DNA from: an uncultured cyanobacterium
GTDB taxonomy: Bacteria; Cyanobacteriota; Cyanobacteriia; Pseudanabaenales; Pseudanabaenaceae
Assembly: GCA_963703315.1 (NCBI GenBank)
Contig: OY969811.1
Location: forward strand, 2,304,001 to 2,368,000
Direction: 5' to 3'
Length of the DNA stretch: 64,000 nt
The position numbers and the translations under genes are program-made. A model generated the notes under the pieces. That model saw only the letters and a list, made by a program, of their open reading frames with translations. It was not told the origin of the DNA and made no database searches. Positions within the stretch are counted from its first letter, which is position 1. Every line of letters begins with the position of its first letter. This document shows, in pieces, positions 30,523-40,713 of the stretch.

Positions 30523-31716
30523 ATGGGAAGTAACCACAAACCCAAGCGTATCGGTATTCTGACCAGTGGCGGAGACTGTCCCGGACTTAATGCGGTAATT
30601 CGTGCCGTTGTCAAGGTTGCAACCTATAAGTATGGATGGGAAGTCTATGGTATTCCCTATGGAACCGATGGCTTTATTGAGCTTTTAGTTGGTAACCGCC
30701 AACCTGAAGAGTTACGCATCAAAGAACATGGCTATGATATTCCTGGATTAGTGCAGGGGCTAGATATTCTCTATTTTTTGAGTGGTAGTGTGTTGGGTTC
30801 GATTAGTAAGGGTGATCCTGAACGCCATGCTGATGACATTATCAAAGGCTACGAGAAATTAGACTTAACTGCTTTAATTGTCATGGGTGGGGATGGAAGT
30901 ATTGAGATTTTAGATGGATTAGCCCAAAAAGCTGCTGATCAAGGAGCCTCATGGAATTGGGTCGCAATTCCCAAAACCATCGATAATGACATTCCCTTTA
31001 CGGAAGCCTCTGTCGGTTTTGATACGGCTGTGAATCGGGTTACCCAAGCTCTTTACGATCTCACCTTTACCGCCGCCAGTCACGATCGCGTCATGATTGT
31101 GCAAGTGATGGGGCGAGATTCAGGATATTTGGCGATGGAAGCAGGTCTAGCTGGTGGTGCAGATGCAATCTTAATTCCTGAACTCACTCCTATTTTGAAA
31201 GAGGATGTGATTATGGGAGTCTGTCAACATATTGCTAAATTGCAGCAGAACGGTAGAAGATTTGCACTCGTAGTTGTTGCTGAGGGTGTAAAAAATCAGC
31301 TTGGACAGAAGGAACATTACATTGGTGATTATCTAGCGCGTCAGATCCAAGAATGTAGCAATATGCTGTGTAATATCGATACAGCAGCCCCCCATCAAAT
31401 CCATCCTTTCGATACGCGCGTGACAGTGTTAGGTCATGTCCAAAGAGGTGGTACACCAACTTCTAGCGATCGCCTCTTAGCAACTGCCTTTGGTCGGGAG
31501 GCTGTAGATTTAATTGCGAATGGAAACTATAACCAGATGGTGATTTGGGAAAATGGTAGGGTAAGTAGTGTTCCCATCAGTCGAGTAATTGAGCAAATTA
31601 AAAAAGGACGTAGGGAAAAGAAAGCACCTTCACGGGTTGATCCTCAAGGATTCTTGGTGCGAACAGCACGGGATATTGGTATTTATGTGGGAGAGGCAGG
31701 TCGGGATGATCAATAG
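30523..31716 (+). CDS. pfkA: 6-phosphofructokinase (PfkA family)
   Basis: TSGGDCPGLN, GGDGS, PKTIDND, MGRDSG, LGHVQRGG. Confidence 0.95.
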   Translation: MGSNHKPKRIGILTSGGDCPGLNAVIRAVVKVATYKYGWEVYGIPYGTDGFIELLVGNRQPEELRIKEHGYDIPGLVQGLDILYFLSGSVLGSISKGDPERHADDIIKGYEKLDLTALIVMGGDGSIEILDGLAQKAADQGASWNWVAIPKTIDNDIPFTEASVGFDTAVNRVTQALYDLTFTAASHDRVMIVQVMGRDSGYLAMEAGLAGGADAILIPELTPILKEDVIMGVCQHIAKLQQNGRRFALVVVAEGVKNQLGQKEHYIGDYLARQIQECSNMLCNIDTAAPHQIHPFDTRVTVLGHVQRGGTPTSSDRLLATAFGREAVDLIANGNYNQMVIWENGRVSSVPISRVIEQIKKGRREKKAPSRVDPQGFLVRTARDIGIYVGEAGRDDQ

Positions 31717-31840
31717 GTAGGCTAAATAAAAAACGCGCTTCCCTGAGTTGGCAACAAAAAAACAGATCTGAATTTGACATTCAGTTATAATCGTTCAACG
31801 TATTTTTTTAGATTGTTTACAGCTTAATGTCCTGAACTGA

Positions 31841-34582
31841 ATGGCAAGTCAAAATCTCCACCTTCCTCACAAACAAGAAGAAAAGCTAATTAATGAAGTC
31901 GCTGAGTCGATCTCTAAGCCTGATCATTCGCCTGTGATGTTTAATGTCTGGGGAATTGGTGGAGTTGGTAAATCTACACTGCTCAGGAAATTTCAAGAAG
32001 GATTAGGTGATCGCATACAGGGTAAGCAGATCGACTTCGCAGCAATTACCTTTGATGACAACTACGCAACACCGTTAGATGTCATGGTTGCCTTGCATAA
32101 GGATTTACCCGAAATTCCTCTTTTGAAAAGAGATGTTTTGGCAAAAGATGCTTTTAGTGAAAAATATAAGACTTACAAAGAGACACTGGCGAAGCTGAAC
32201 AATGCACCAGTTAAAGGTAAGGAAAAAGTTGAGAGCGAGCAGATAGATCGTGTTAAGCAACTGACTAAGCTTTTAGCAAATGCGGGGATTTGGGCAGGCA
32301 AAACGGCTGCTTCAGGAGGTGTGATCAATCCGATGACAGAGTTCGCAGCTTCTGTGACAACTACGGCGGTTGGTAGTGTATTAGACCTAACTATTGATGG
32401 AGCAGCCTCGGCATTATCGCTAAAAGATAGACTCATGGATGAGCTGTTACTCAAACATGAAGCCACCAAGGATGTAGAGGTGCGCGAGTTAATGCTCAAC
32501 CCTTTACCTAAACTTACTCAGGCTTTTGTTGAGAGTTTGGTAAATCATGCTCATAAAACGCCTGTGGTGCTGGTGCTGGATGCCTGTAACAAGGCATCGG
32601 TCGATTTTGATACTTGGCTTAGACAGATATTCCTTAAAAATAAAGCTCTAAGGAATAGCCAGATTAGGGTAGTGACAGCAAGGAAAGCTCAGCTACTAAA
32701 AAAAGAAGGCTGGAGTGATTTGATCACTGGGGAGCGATTGGTGCAGGAGTTGCCCTTGAAGGAGTTTGAGAAGGATAAGGTCAAGAACTACCTAGAAAAA
32801 ATTGGGATTACGGATAAGCGGGAGATTGAGAAATTTTATAAAAGAACTAATGGGTTGCCTTTCCATTTACATCTCATCGCTCAACAAAAGGAGCAGGGTA
32901 TTGCCATTGATAGTGATGCGGCGATTGAAGAGCGCTTACTGGGGAAGCTAACCGAAAGCCAGCAAAAACTGATCAAATATGCGGCTTGTTGTCGATGGTT
33001 CGATCGATCAACGATTGGGAGTTCAGCTAATTGGCAGGGGCTAGACTTTGCGAAGGGTGTCGATACTAGTCTTAATTGTTTTGATTGGCTCAAAGAGCGC
33101 GACTTTGTGGAATTTACAGGAAGCAATGGTCGCTATCGTTTAGGTGATGTGGCACGGGATATCATTCACTTATCGTTGGCTCTCAATGAACGCAAACAAA
33201 TTCACGCGCAATTACAGCAATATTTTGAGGATTTGGCTGACCAAGAAGTACCACCAGAGCTTTGGGATGGGGAAAAGTATGAAAATTCTGTTTGGTGTGC
33301 ATATACTGCCGAGGCGATGTATCACGCATTTTTTAATTTGCGGCGCGATGCTTGGCAAGTTTATTTCCTGAAACATTTTTTTGCTTCGAGTTATTTCAAA
33401 CAGCATGAAGTTATGCTCTCACCTGCATTTACTGCGCTTGCTTCGGAGGCGGAATTTGATGACAATCATCTACTACCACAGGAGAACAAAAAGTTTTTGG
33501 AGAGCGCAAAACTGTTATTGTCTTTCGGCTGGCTGTTAATAACTTCCCCACCACTATCTAAGGACAAGAGTGATGAATATAATTTGCCAAAAGCTTTATT
33601 AGAAAGAATTGAAAATGCGATCGAGAAATCCTTAGAAAAGGTTGATGCTTTGCCTGATGGACTCTCAAAATGCATTGCCTTGATTTACAAGTGTTTACGC
33701 GCTCATCGAACTAGAGTGTTGGACATTGCCAAGAAAGCAGAAGCACAAGCTCATCTCCTTGAGACAAAAATTGAGTCAAGCTATTGCAGTCAACTTTTTC
33801 TAGAAGTTGGCAATTTGTTTGATGAATTAAAGAAATATGAAGAAGCGATCATCGATTTTGACAAAGCAATTGAGCTAAATCCTAACAATGCTGGAGCTTG
33901 GGCGTTACGAGGTAAGGCAAAAGTAAATCTACAAAAATATGAAGAAGTGATCGTTGATTTTGACAAGGCAATTGAGCTAAATCCTAGCATTATTGCTGAA
34001 GCTTGGGCGTTGAGAGGTGGTGCAAAAATAAATCTACAAAGATATGAAGAAGCGATCGCTGATTTTGATAAAGCAATTGAGCTAAATCCTAACCTCGCTC
34101 TAGTTTGGATGTTGAGAGGTGTGGCAAAAGGAAACCTGCAAAGGTATGAAGAAGCGATCGCCGATTATGTCAAAGCAATTGAGCTAAATTCTAATTTTGC
34201 TGGAGCTTGGTCGTTGCTAGGAACTGCTTTAACCAGACTTGGACAATATGACCAAGCCCTTGAAAACTTCAATCAGGCTATGCACCTAGACCCCAATAAT
34301 ATACAGTTTCAAATCAATCGAGGGGTCTTGTTTGCTTGGATGGGAAGATATGAGGAAGCAGTTAGGGAGTGCGAACAAGTATTACAACAAAAGCCTGATG
34401 ATGTTGATGCATTATATGGAATGTCTTGCTGCTATGCCTTACAGCGCAACATTGACGAGTCTCTCAAATATCTTGCACTAGCAATCAATCAAAAACCTGA
34501 AGAAACGAAAAATCGAGCCAACAAAGATCCTGAATTTGATGGCATTAGAGAAGCTCCCCGATTTCAGGAGATGAATTACTGA
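31841..34582 (+). CDS. P-loop (STAND-like) ATPase with C-terminal TPR repeats
   Basis: GIGGVGKST, VLVLD, GLP motif, EEAIxDFDKAIELNP repeats. Confidence 0.85.
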   Translation: MASQNLHLPHKQEEKLINEVAESISKPDHSPVMFNVWGIGGVGKSTLLRKFQEGLGDRIQGKQIDFAAITFDDNYATPLDVMVALHKDLPEIPLLKRDVLAKDAFSEKYKTYKETLAKLNNAPVKGKEKVESEQIDRVKQLTKLLANAGIWAGKTAASGGVINPMTEFAASVTTTAVGSVLDLTIDGAASALSLKDRLMDELLLKHEATKDVEVRELMLNPLPKLTQAFVESLVNHAHKTPVVLVLDACNKASVDFDTWLRQIFLKNKALRNSQIRVVTARKAQLLKKEGWSDLITGERLVQELPLKEFEKDKVKNYLEKIGITDKREIEKFYKRTNGLPFHLHLIAQQKEQGIAIDSDAAIEERLLGKLTESQQKLIKYAACCRWFDRSTIGSSANWQGLDFAKGVDTSLNCFDWLKERDFVEFTGSNGRYRLGDVARDIIHLSLALNERKQIHAQLQQYFEDLADQEVPPELWDGEKYENSVWCAYTAEAMYHAFFNLRRDAWQVYFLKHFFASSYFKQHEVMLSPAFTALASEAEFDDNHLLPQENKKFLESAKLLLSFGWLLITSPPLSKDKSDEYNLPKALLERIENAIEKSLEKVDALPDGLSKCIALIYKCLRAHRTRVLDIAKKAEAQAHLLETKIESSYCSQLFLEVGNLFDELKKYEEAIIDFDKAIELNPNNAGAWALRGKAKVNLQKYEEVIVDFDKAIELNPSIIAEAWALRGGAKINLQRYEEAIADFDKAIELNPNLALVWMLRGVAKGNLQRYEEAIADYVKAIELNSNFAGAWSLLGTALTRLGQYDQALENFNQAMHLDPNNIQFQINRGVLFAWMGRYEEAVRECEQVLQQKPDDVDALYGMSCCYALQRNIDESLKYLALAINQKPEETKNRANKDPEFDGIREAPRFQEMNY

Positions 34583-34603
34583 TGTTACGTGGAAGTTTTC
34601 TAA

Positions 34604-34680
34604 CCCCCTAAATCCCCCAATTCTGGGGGACTTTGAAAGACTGTCATTTTCTTGTTCCCCCAGAATTGGGGGCTAGGGGG
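34604..34680. repeat. cyanobacterial C/G-tract inverted repeat element
   Basis: CCCCCTAAATCCCCCAATTCTGGGGGAC ... TCCCCCAGAATTGGGGGCTAGGGGG. Confidence 0.8.
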
Positions 34681-34841
34681 CAGATAGATAATTACTGACT
34701 AATTTCTAATAATTAACCCGTTGAAACGGGTTGATCTGAAGAATTTTTTAGTCTGCTTTAGCTTTGAGCCAAGAACTTTAGTTCTTGGTTGGTTTGCAAA
34801 TCATACAGAACAAGGCGCTTAAGCGCCTTGCCTTATGCAAA

Positions 34842-36056
34842 TTAACAATTACCTTTAAGTTCAAAAATCCTGTTGATGACATCTTCGACAACGCGATCGG
34901 GGGTTGATGCACCTGAAGTTACACCGACCTTGATCTTGCCTGTGGGTAGCCAGTTTTGGGCTTGCTCGATCGCCTTACCTAAAGGCTTATGTTCAATTAC
35001 CTCCGCCGACAAAATTCGATGGACATCATCAATGTGATAGGAAGGAAGATTCCGTTCGATCGCAATTTCCTGTAAATGGGTAGTATTTGAGGAATTGTAA
35101 CCACCAATCACAATCATCAAATCGATATCTTCTTCGACAATCTCAAACATCGCATCTTGACGTTCTTGGGTCGCATCACAAATTGTATTGAAAGCGAGGA
35201 AATGATCATTGATATGTTCCACGCCATACTTTTGCATCATTGTGCGCTCAAATAGTTTGCCGATCGCTTCCGTCTCTCCCTTCAGCATCGTAGTTTGGTT
35301 GGCTACACCAATTCTTTCCAAATCAACATCTGGATCGAAACCTGCGGACATTGCCTTACTAAACTTGGCTAGAAACTCTTGACGGTCACCCCCATTGAGA
35401 ATGTAAGCAGCCACATACTCGGCTTCTTTCATATTCAGCACTACTAGATAGCGCTTGGCATAGGAACTAGTAGCGATCGTTTCTTCGTGATTGTATTTAC
35501 CGTGAACGATGGAAGTGAAATCAGCTTTTTTATGCTTCTCCACCCGATTCCATACCTTCGATACCCAAGGACAGGTTGTATCAACGATCTTAGAGCCGAG
35601 GCGATCAAATAATTGAGTTTCCTGTACACTAGCTCCAAAGGCTGGCAAAATCACCACATCACCCTGTTCAATGCCAGAAAAATCTTTAGTTCCATCTTGA
35701 TCAACAGGTACAAACTGAACTTCCATTTCCTTGAGCTTAGCATTCACGGAAGGATTATGAATAATCTCATTGGTAATCCAAATACGCTCATTGGGGAACT
35801 GGGTGCGTGTTTCATACGCCATTGCCACTGCTCTTTCAACACCCCAGCAAAAACCAAAGGATTTTGCCAAATAAATCGTCACATCACCTTGCGTATATAC
35901 ATAATTATGTTCGCGAATGGTTTGGATTAAGTCACTGTGATATTGCGATCGCATTGTGGACTCGGCTTCTTCTCCATGTCCAAAGCTTTGCCGAAAATAG
36001 TTAGGAGACTTGTGCAAAGCCCTCCGCATAGCTTGAGTATCGAGCGTGTTATCCAT
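34842..36056 (-). CDS. ispH: 4-hydroxy-3-methylbut-2-enyl diphosphate reductase
   Basis: [35 protein letters not shown]. Confidence 0.97.
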   Translation of the reverse strand: MDNTLDTQAMRRALHKSPNYFRQSFGHGEEAESTMRSQYHSDLIQTIREHNYVYTQGDVTIYLAKSFGFCWGVERAVAMAYETRTQFPNERIWITNEIIHNPSVNAKLKEMEVQFVPVDQDGTKDFSGIEQGDVVILPAFGASVQETQLFDRLGSKIVDTTCPWVSKVWNRVEKHKKADFTSIVHGKYNHEETIATSSYAKRYLVVLNMKEAEYVAAYILNGGDRQEFLAKFSKAMSAGFDPDVDLERIGVANQTTMLKGETEAIGKLFERTMMQKYGVEHINDHFLAFNTICDATQERQDAMFEIVEEDIDLMIVIGGYNSSNTTHLQEIAIERNLPSYHIDDVHRILSAEVIEHKPLGKAIEQAQNWLPTGKIKVGVTSGASTPDRVVEDVINRIFELKGNC

Positions 36057-36106
36057 GCGCTTAGATGATTCTAGGTAATTGTGCTGAAAGTATTATAGCG
36101 TTTCAC

Positions 36107-36157
36107 AGTACGGAGGATTGTTTCCCCGCCTTCGGCGGGGAAACAATCCTCCGTACT
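36107..36157. repeat. perfect 24-bp-arm palindrome, CC-TTC-GG family
   Basis: AGTACGGAGGATTGTTTCCCCGCC TTC GGCGGGGAAACAATCCTCCGTACT. Confidence 0.9.
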
Positions 36158-36242
36158 TAAAGTTCCAGTATGTTCTACAGCAATTTTTGGCTTTAATGAT
36201 ATTGTTTGATATTGTTTCACTTACTTATCAGGACTTAGATCA

Positions 36243-36845
36243 ATGAAAAACCCTGCAATTACTAATCATGAGATCCATCCTTTGATTGCTCAGCGATGGA
36301 GTCCTCGTACCTTTGACAGCAAACCTGTGGAAACTGAAAAACTAGCACAGTTATTTGAAGCGGCAAGGTGGTCTTCTTCCTGTTTTAATGATCAACCTTG
36401 GGCATTTATTGTCGCCACCAAGGATGACACTCTGAACTATCAGAAATTACTTGATTGCCTTGTTCCTTTCAACGTCTCATGGGCGCAAGCTGCACCAGTA
36501 TTAGGACTAGTTATCGCTCAAAAAAACTTTAAACATAATGACAAGCCTAATGCTTGGGGAGAGTATGATGCAGGTCAAGCCGCCGCAACTTTAGTATTGC
36601 AAGCAACTGCTTTAGATTTAGTTGCTCACCAAATGGGTGGCTTTGATGCTGAGAAAGCGATCGCTACTTTTAATATTCCTGAAACGGCAAAACCTGTAGC
36701 GGCGATCGCGATCGGCTATGCGGGAGAAACTAGCAATTTGCCACCAGACTTACAAGAGCGAGAAAAGGCTCCACGCGATCGCCAACCTTTAACCAGCTTT
36801 GTCTTTACAGGCGAATGGGGAAGTTCATCTCCATTTATCAGCTAA
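36243..36845 (+). CDS. nitroreductase family protein
   Basis: RWSPRTF, SCFNDQPW, HQMGGFD. Confidence 0.92.
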   Translation: MKNPAITNHEIHPLIAQRWSPRTFDSKPVETEKLAQLFEAARWSSSCFNDQPWAFIVATKDDTLNYQKLLDCLVPFNVSWAQAAPVLGLVIAQKNFKHNDKPNAWGEYDAGQAAATLVLQATALDLVAHQMGGFDAEKAIATFNIPETAKPVAAIAIGYAGETSNLPPDLQEREKAPRDRQPLTSFVFTGEWGSSSPFIS

Positions 36846-36927
36846 TACCAAGACACAAAATGGCATAGCCATTTTGTGTCTTGACAACCTCAATAGAGAG
36901 GGCGCTGAGCGCCCTCTCTATTGCGAT

Positions 36928-37200
36928 TTATAGCAAGCCTGCTTGAGCTAAGCCCAAAATCAAACCTGCGCCAAGAATATGCCCAAAGCTCGTGACACCA
37001 AGCAGTTCAGGCAAACCAAATCCTTCAAACAAACCAGGTAATTCTACAGGTAAGCTAGGTCCAACACCTTTGACCTTAATACCGTAGCGAGCAACAACTA
37101 GAGCAAATAGGTTAGCTGTAATCATGATTAGCGCCACACTAAATGACCAAGTTGGGGTAGTAGGAACTGCGGCAAGTAGGTTAAAAGTTAGATGTGTCAT
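36928..37200 (-). CDS. psaK: photosystem I subunit X (PsaK)
   Basis: Two TM helices, PELLGVTSFGHILGAGLILGL. Confidence 0.93.
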   Translation of the reverse strand: MTHLTFNLLAAVPTTPTWSFSVALIMITANLFALVVARYGIKVKGVGPSLPVELPGLFEGFGLPELLGVTSFGHILGAGLILGLAQAGLL

Positions 37201-37365
37201 AAGTTTTTTTCCTAAGTCTAATTACCTATAATTTTTTTAAATTTACATAATCGTAAAAGGTATTTAGACATCAAAAAATTCTTCTTAAGTTAAATTTATT
37301 AAACTTAGTAATCGTTTACAGTTAATCAAAAAAACAAGCTCACTTCGTGAACTTGTTTTTTTGAT

Positions 37366-37480
37366 TATAGCTATAGTCAGTTATGTTAGGACAAAACCAA
37401 AACCCAAAAGAGAGTGGCGGCGCTTCGCGCCGCCACTCTCTTTTGGGTTTTATGTCGTAACTTGCTTGACTATGGCTATA
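37366..37480. repeat. family B MITE-like element
   Basis: TATAGCTATAGTCA...TGACTATGGCTATA ends; central AAAACCCAAAAGAGAGTGGCGGCGC TTC GCGCCGCCACTCTCTTTTGGGTTTT. Confidence 0.85.
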
Positions 37481-37483
37481 AGT

Positions 37484-39100
37484 TTAGATCTCTTCCAAAA
37501 CTTTGAAACGAACATGATTGAGTGCAAGTTCGCCAATAGAATAGGGCTGAGGTTGAATTGTCTCAAAGAAAATACCTTTGCCGATTTCCACATGATACCA
37601 AGGTAGACCCATAAACCAGCGTGTAGGGTAGGGGCGATCGCCTGTATCATCGGGATTAGATTCCATCGGTAGCCAACCGACGCTAGGAATATAGAATTCA
37701 ATCCAAACGTGATTATAGTATTGATTTAGAGGGATATTCATCACTAATTCACTTTCATGGGGACATTTGTAGCGTCCAACTGTGCGACAAGCGATGCCAT
37801 TTAACCTTGCTAAGGCGAGGAGTAGCCCCACATATTCACCACAAGAGCCTGTACCTCTGACAATTACTTCCTCTGGCGTAGCAATGTAAGGCGTAACCCG
37901 ATAGGAGAGTTTATCGTAGACATAATCACGAATCAGCAGCATTTTTCTTAAAATATTAGTCTCTTCCCCTACCGCTTCTACTGCTGCTGCTTGAATAATG
38001 GGATTGTCCATGCTCAATCCATCATCATCGACTAGATAGAGTTTCTGCATCTCAGGAGATAAGTCTGGCACAAATTCTACTTCACTATCTTTTAGTTCGT
38101 ATTTGATGCCCCGTAACTCTAGAGTTGCTTTCCATCCAAACATTTGGGCTTCTTCTGGTTTTAGATTCCCTAGCTTAAATGCAGCGACGCGCTGACCATC
38201 AACAATTTCTTCTTCAAAGGGAATACCAATTGGCTCGATCGCTAATAACTTTTGGCGATAGGTATCACTCGGATAAGCAACCCGCCATGTGAGGTTATAA
38301 ATAGAAGTTGGTTCTTCCGTAGAAAGTTCTTCGAGATAGATCATTTCTACCTTATAGCCCGTGGTGAGCGTGTAATGTAATTTCCCATCTTGGAACTGGT
38401 TGAACTTAAGCTGATGGATAAATGTTTTTTCGCGTTGAGCAACAGAGAATGGCTCATCTAAATCATTAGGATTCTCGCGGATATAGTTTTCATCCCCTGA
38501 GTAAACTAAATACAGATCACTTCCTAAAAATCCTAGTCCGATCGGATTGGGAAAGGGAGTCAATCCCCGTTGTAAGACTTCACAGGTTTTAGCATTCAGG
38601 CGATAAACTGTTTCTTCAGTGCGATCGCTGACCCATAGTTCTTCACCCACTAATGTTAGGGCTTCAAAACCAGCACCGGGGGCATCCATAATTCGTAACA
38701 AAGTCCGAGTAGCCCGTCCAAATACAAAAATTTTGCCAACTTCGCGAGAACTCACATACACGCCGCCTTCGGATACCGCGATCCCATCAACTTTATTCGG
38801 TAGCTCCATAAATGGTTGCAGATCAAAATCAACCATGTTGCAGTAATAAATTCCATTATCCTTAGCAATCCACAGTGTCTCCCCCGCGATCGCTAAGCCT
38901 GTGGCATCTCGAAATTGTGATGCTGTGTAATTATTCAGTACTGTTGCGCCTTCCGAAAAAGGATCGATTTTAAGCAGATGTCCCTGATAGGCATCAACAG
39001 AAAGCGCATAGGGTTTGCCATTATTTGCATCAGTTTGCCACACTAAACCATGAAGGTTATAAGCGCCAATGGGATAAATCGTGCTTGGTAGGCTAGGCAT
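37484..39100 (-). CDS. transglutaminase-like domain protein with N-terminal beta-propeller
   Basis: GSCGEY, NHVWIEFY...GWLPME. Confidence 0.85.
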   Translation of the reverse strand: MPSLPSTIYPIGAYNLHGLVWQTDANNGKPYALSVDAYQGHLLKIDPFSEGATVLNNYTASQFRDATGLAIAGETLWIAKDNGIYYCNMVDFDLQPFMELPNKVDGIAVSEGGVYVSSREVGKIFVFGRATRTLLRIMDAPGAGFEALTLVGEELWVSDRTEETVYRLNAKTCEVLQRGLTPFPNPIGLGFLGSDLYLVYSGDENYIRENPNDLDEPFSVAQREKTFIHQLKFNQFQDGKLHYTLTTGYKVEMIYLEELSTEEPTSIYNLTWRVAYPSDTYRQKLLAIEPIGIPFEEEIVDGQRVAAFKLGNLKPEEAQMFGWKATLELRGIKYELKDSEVEFVPDLSPEMQKLYLVDDDGLSMDNPIIQAAAVEAVGEETNILRKMLLIRDYVYDKLSYRVTPYIATPEEVIVRGTGSCGEYVGLLLALARLNGIACRTVGRYKCPHESELVMNIPLNQYYNHVWIEFYIPSVGWLPMESNPDDTGDRPYPTRWFMGLPWYHVEIGKGIFFETIQPQPYSIGELALNHVRFKVLEEI

Positions 39101-39176
39101 AGGGTATTAGGCAGGTGAATAGGCGGATAATTTAGAAAAGCTTTAGGCTTCTTACAAATTCTGATCTGACTTCAAA

Positions 39177-39306
39177 AGCAACATTACTTCCGTAGCGAAG
39201 GCAACAGAAAGAAATCATTGCCCCAGATGAGACATGAGAAGATTTGCCCACATCACCAATCTTACGACGGAAATGAGGTAAGCAATCTGGTGTAGCTTCG
39301 CTGCTG
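39177..39306 (-). ncRNA. probable structured ncRNA, resembles cyanobacterial 6S RNA (ssaA/ssrS)
   Basis: ORF-free; long-range complementarity (TTCCGT/ACGGAA, GGCAA/TTGCC, imperfect terminal stem); similarity to 6S RNA is recalled, not computed; TAAGTT -10-like hexamer just upstream on the minus strand. Confidence 0.45.
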
Positions 39307-39380
39307 TGTTAACTTAGTTTGTTGGGGAGGTTAATCTAGCCGTATTTCAATTCAGACGCTAAAAATATTCAAAGCCCTTC

Positions 39381-39482
39381 AGTATCTGGGCATAGTTAAA
39401 AACCAGAGCAGAAACCTGTGGCGCACGCGCAGCGTGCGCCACAGGTTTCTGGGTTGTATATTTAATTGCGCCTAGTTACTTA
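39381..39482. repeat. family A MITE-like element, both termini
   Basis: AGTATCTGGGCATAGTTAAA ... TTTAATTGCGCCTAGTTACTTA, central CCTGTGGCGCACGC GCA GCGTGCGCCACAGG. Confidence 0.85.
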
Positions 39483-39531
39483 AAAAACATCGTACAGATA
39501 TTACATTTCATCACAATTTTCTGGATCGCAA

Positions 39532-40398
39532 ATGAGGCAATATTCTCTACTCACAACTATTTTGTATATCATCGGTCCAGTACTGATCATTGTCAGTCAT
39601 TTTGGTTCGCTACTCGTTTTCGTTACTGGTTTGTCATGGGGGGCGATCGCTTGGATCGTAACCCTATATTTGATTCGGATGCTTGCCACGACAGGTATTT
39701 ATCACCGATTACTCACCCACAAAAGCTATCAAGCTCCTGCACCCCTCCTATGGGTTGGTAGTATTGTGGCAGCCTCAGCAGGGCAGATGGGACCAAGTTG
39801 GTGGAAAGCGCACCATATTAATCATCATCAACATTCTGATCAAGACTTCGACCCCCATTCTCCCTACACACCTGCTCAGGGGATCAAAGGATTTTATTGG
39901 TCTCAAGGGGGCTGGCTACTGTCCTCGCACTTTTTTCCTGCCAAGCTACCAGCCGATGTCGAAAATGATGTGGTTTTAAAAGTGATTGACCGTTTACATT
40001 TTATTCCTGTAGTAGCACTTGGGGCAGTTTCCTATTGGATTGGTGGGCTGGAATATCTCGGTGCTTTTTTTCTCAGCACAACCCTCCTATTTCATGGGGT
40101 ACAAACCGTAAACTCCCTGAGTCATCTGTGGGGCAAGCGACCATTTATCACTAATGATCATAGTCACAACAATAGCTTGGTAGCATTGCTCACCTTGGGA
40201 GAAGGTTGGCATAATCTCCACCATGCTTTTCAAGCATCTAGTCGGCATGGCATCACTATTAATAATGGTCAAATAGTCTATTTACCAGATCCCACTTTTA
40301 GTTTTATTAAGCTACTAGAGTCGCTCAAGTTAGCATCAAAGTTGAGATTACCTAGCGAAAAAGATTTGTTGGCAAAAGCTAACAATCAAGATTTGTGA
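39532..40398 (+). CDS. membrane fatty-acid (delta-9-like) desaturase
   Basis: His boxes HRLLTH, HINHH, HNLHH; GEGWHN. Confidence 0.92.
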   Translation: MRQYSLLTTILYIIGPVLIIVSHFGSLLVFVTGLSWGAIAWIVTLYLIRMLATTGIYHRLLTHKSYQAPAPLLWVGSIVAASAGQMGPSWWKAHHINHHQHSDQDFDPHSPYTPAQGIKGFYWSQGGWLLSSHFFPAKLPADVENDVVLKVIDRLHFIPVVALGAVSYWIGGLEYLGAFFLSTTLLFHGVQTVNSLSHLWGKRPFITNDHSHNNSLVALLTLGEGWHNLHHAFQASSRHGITINNGQIVYLPDPTFSFIKLLESLKLASKLRLPSEKDLLAKANNQDL

Positions 40399-40483
40399 TA
40401 CCAATTCAAAAAATGGCGTTGCCATTTTCTGAATTGCTCACTTCGGTGCATCGGTATAAAAACTAGGAATTAGCGATCGCCTC

Positions 40484-40561
40484 AAATATAAAGCCATAAA
40501 ACCTGTGGCGCACGCTGCGCGTGCGCCACAGGTTTTATATTTAATTGCGCCCAGCTACTTA
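40484..40561. repeat. family A element
   Basis: Same hairpin plus TTTAATTGCGCCCAGCTACTTA terminus. Confidence 0.85.
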
Positions 40562-40713
40562 TATAAAATTAGTATAAATTCTTAATCGTTGAAAATTTAA
40601 TAGGTGTTTATAATAAACCCAATTAATAACCTAGTACATTTTGATTAATCTCCATTCCAAAATCAAAATTTCCTCAAGTTATTAATATCTAAGTAGCTCA
40701 GCGAGGAACCGAT

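Noticed and set aside
33830..34200. DGR-like template/variable repeats
   Set aside because: In-frame TPR repeats with no adenine-specific variation evident and no reverse transcriptase.
34713..34790. Cluster of short palindromes (AACCCGTTGAAACGGGTT, CCAAGAACTTTAGTTCTTGG)
   Set aside because: Probably a decayed repeat element; single copy here and boundaries cannot be defined.
37361..37606. 81-aa ORF (likewise 20632..20829, 5921..6139, 42663..42890)
   Set aside because: Translations of repeat elements or antisense overlaps with real genes.
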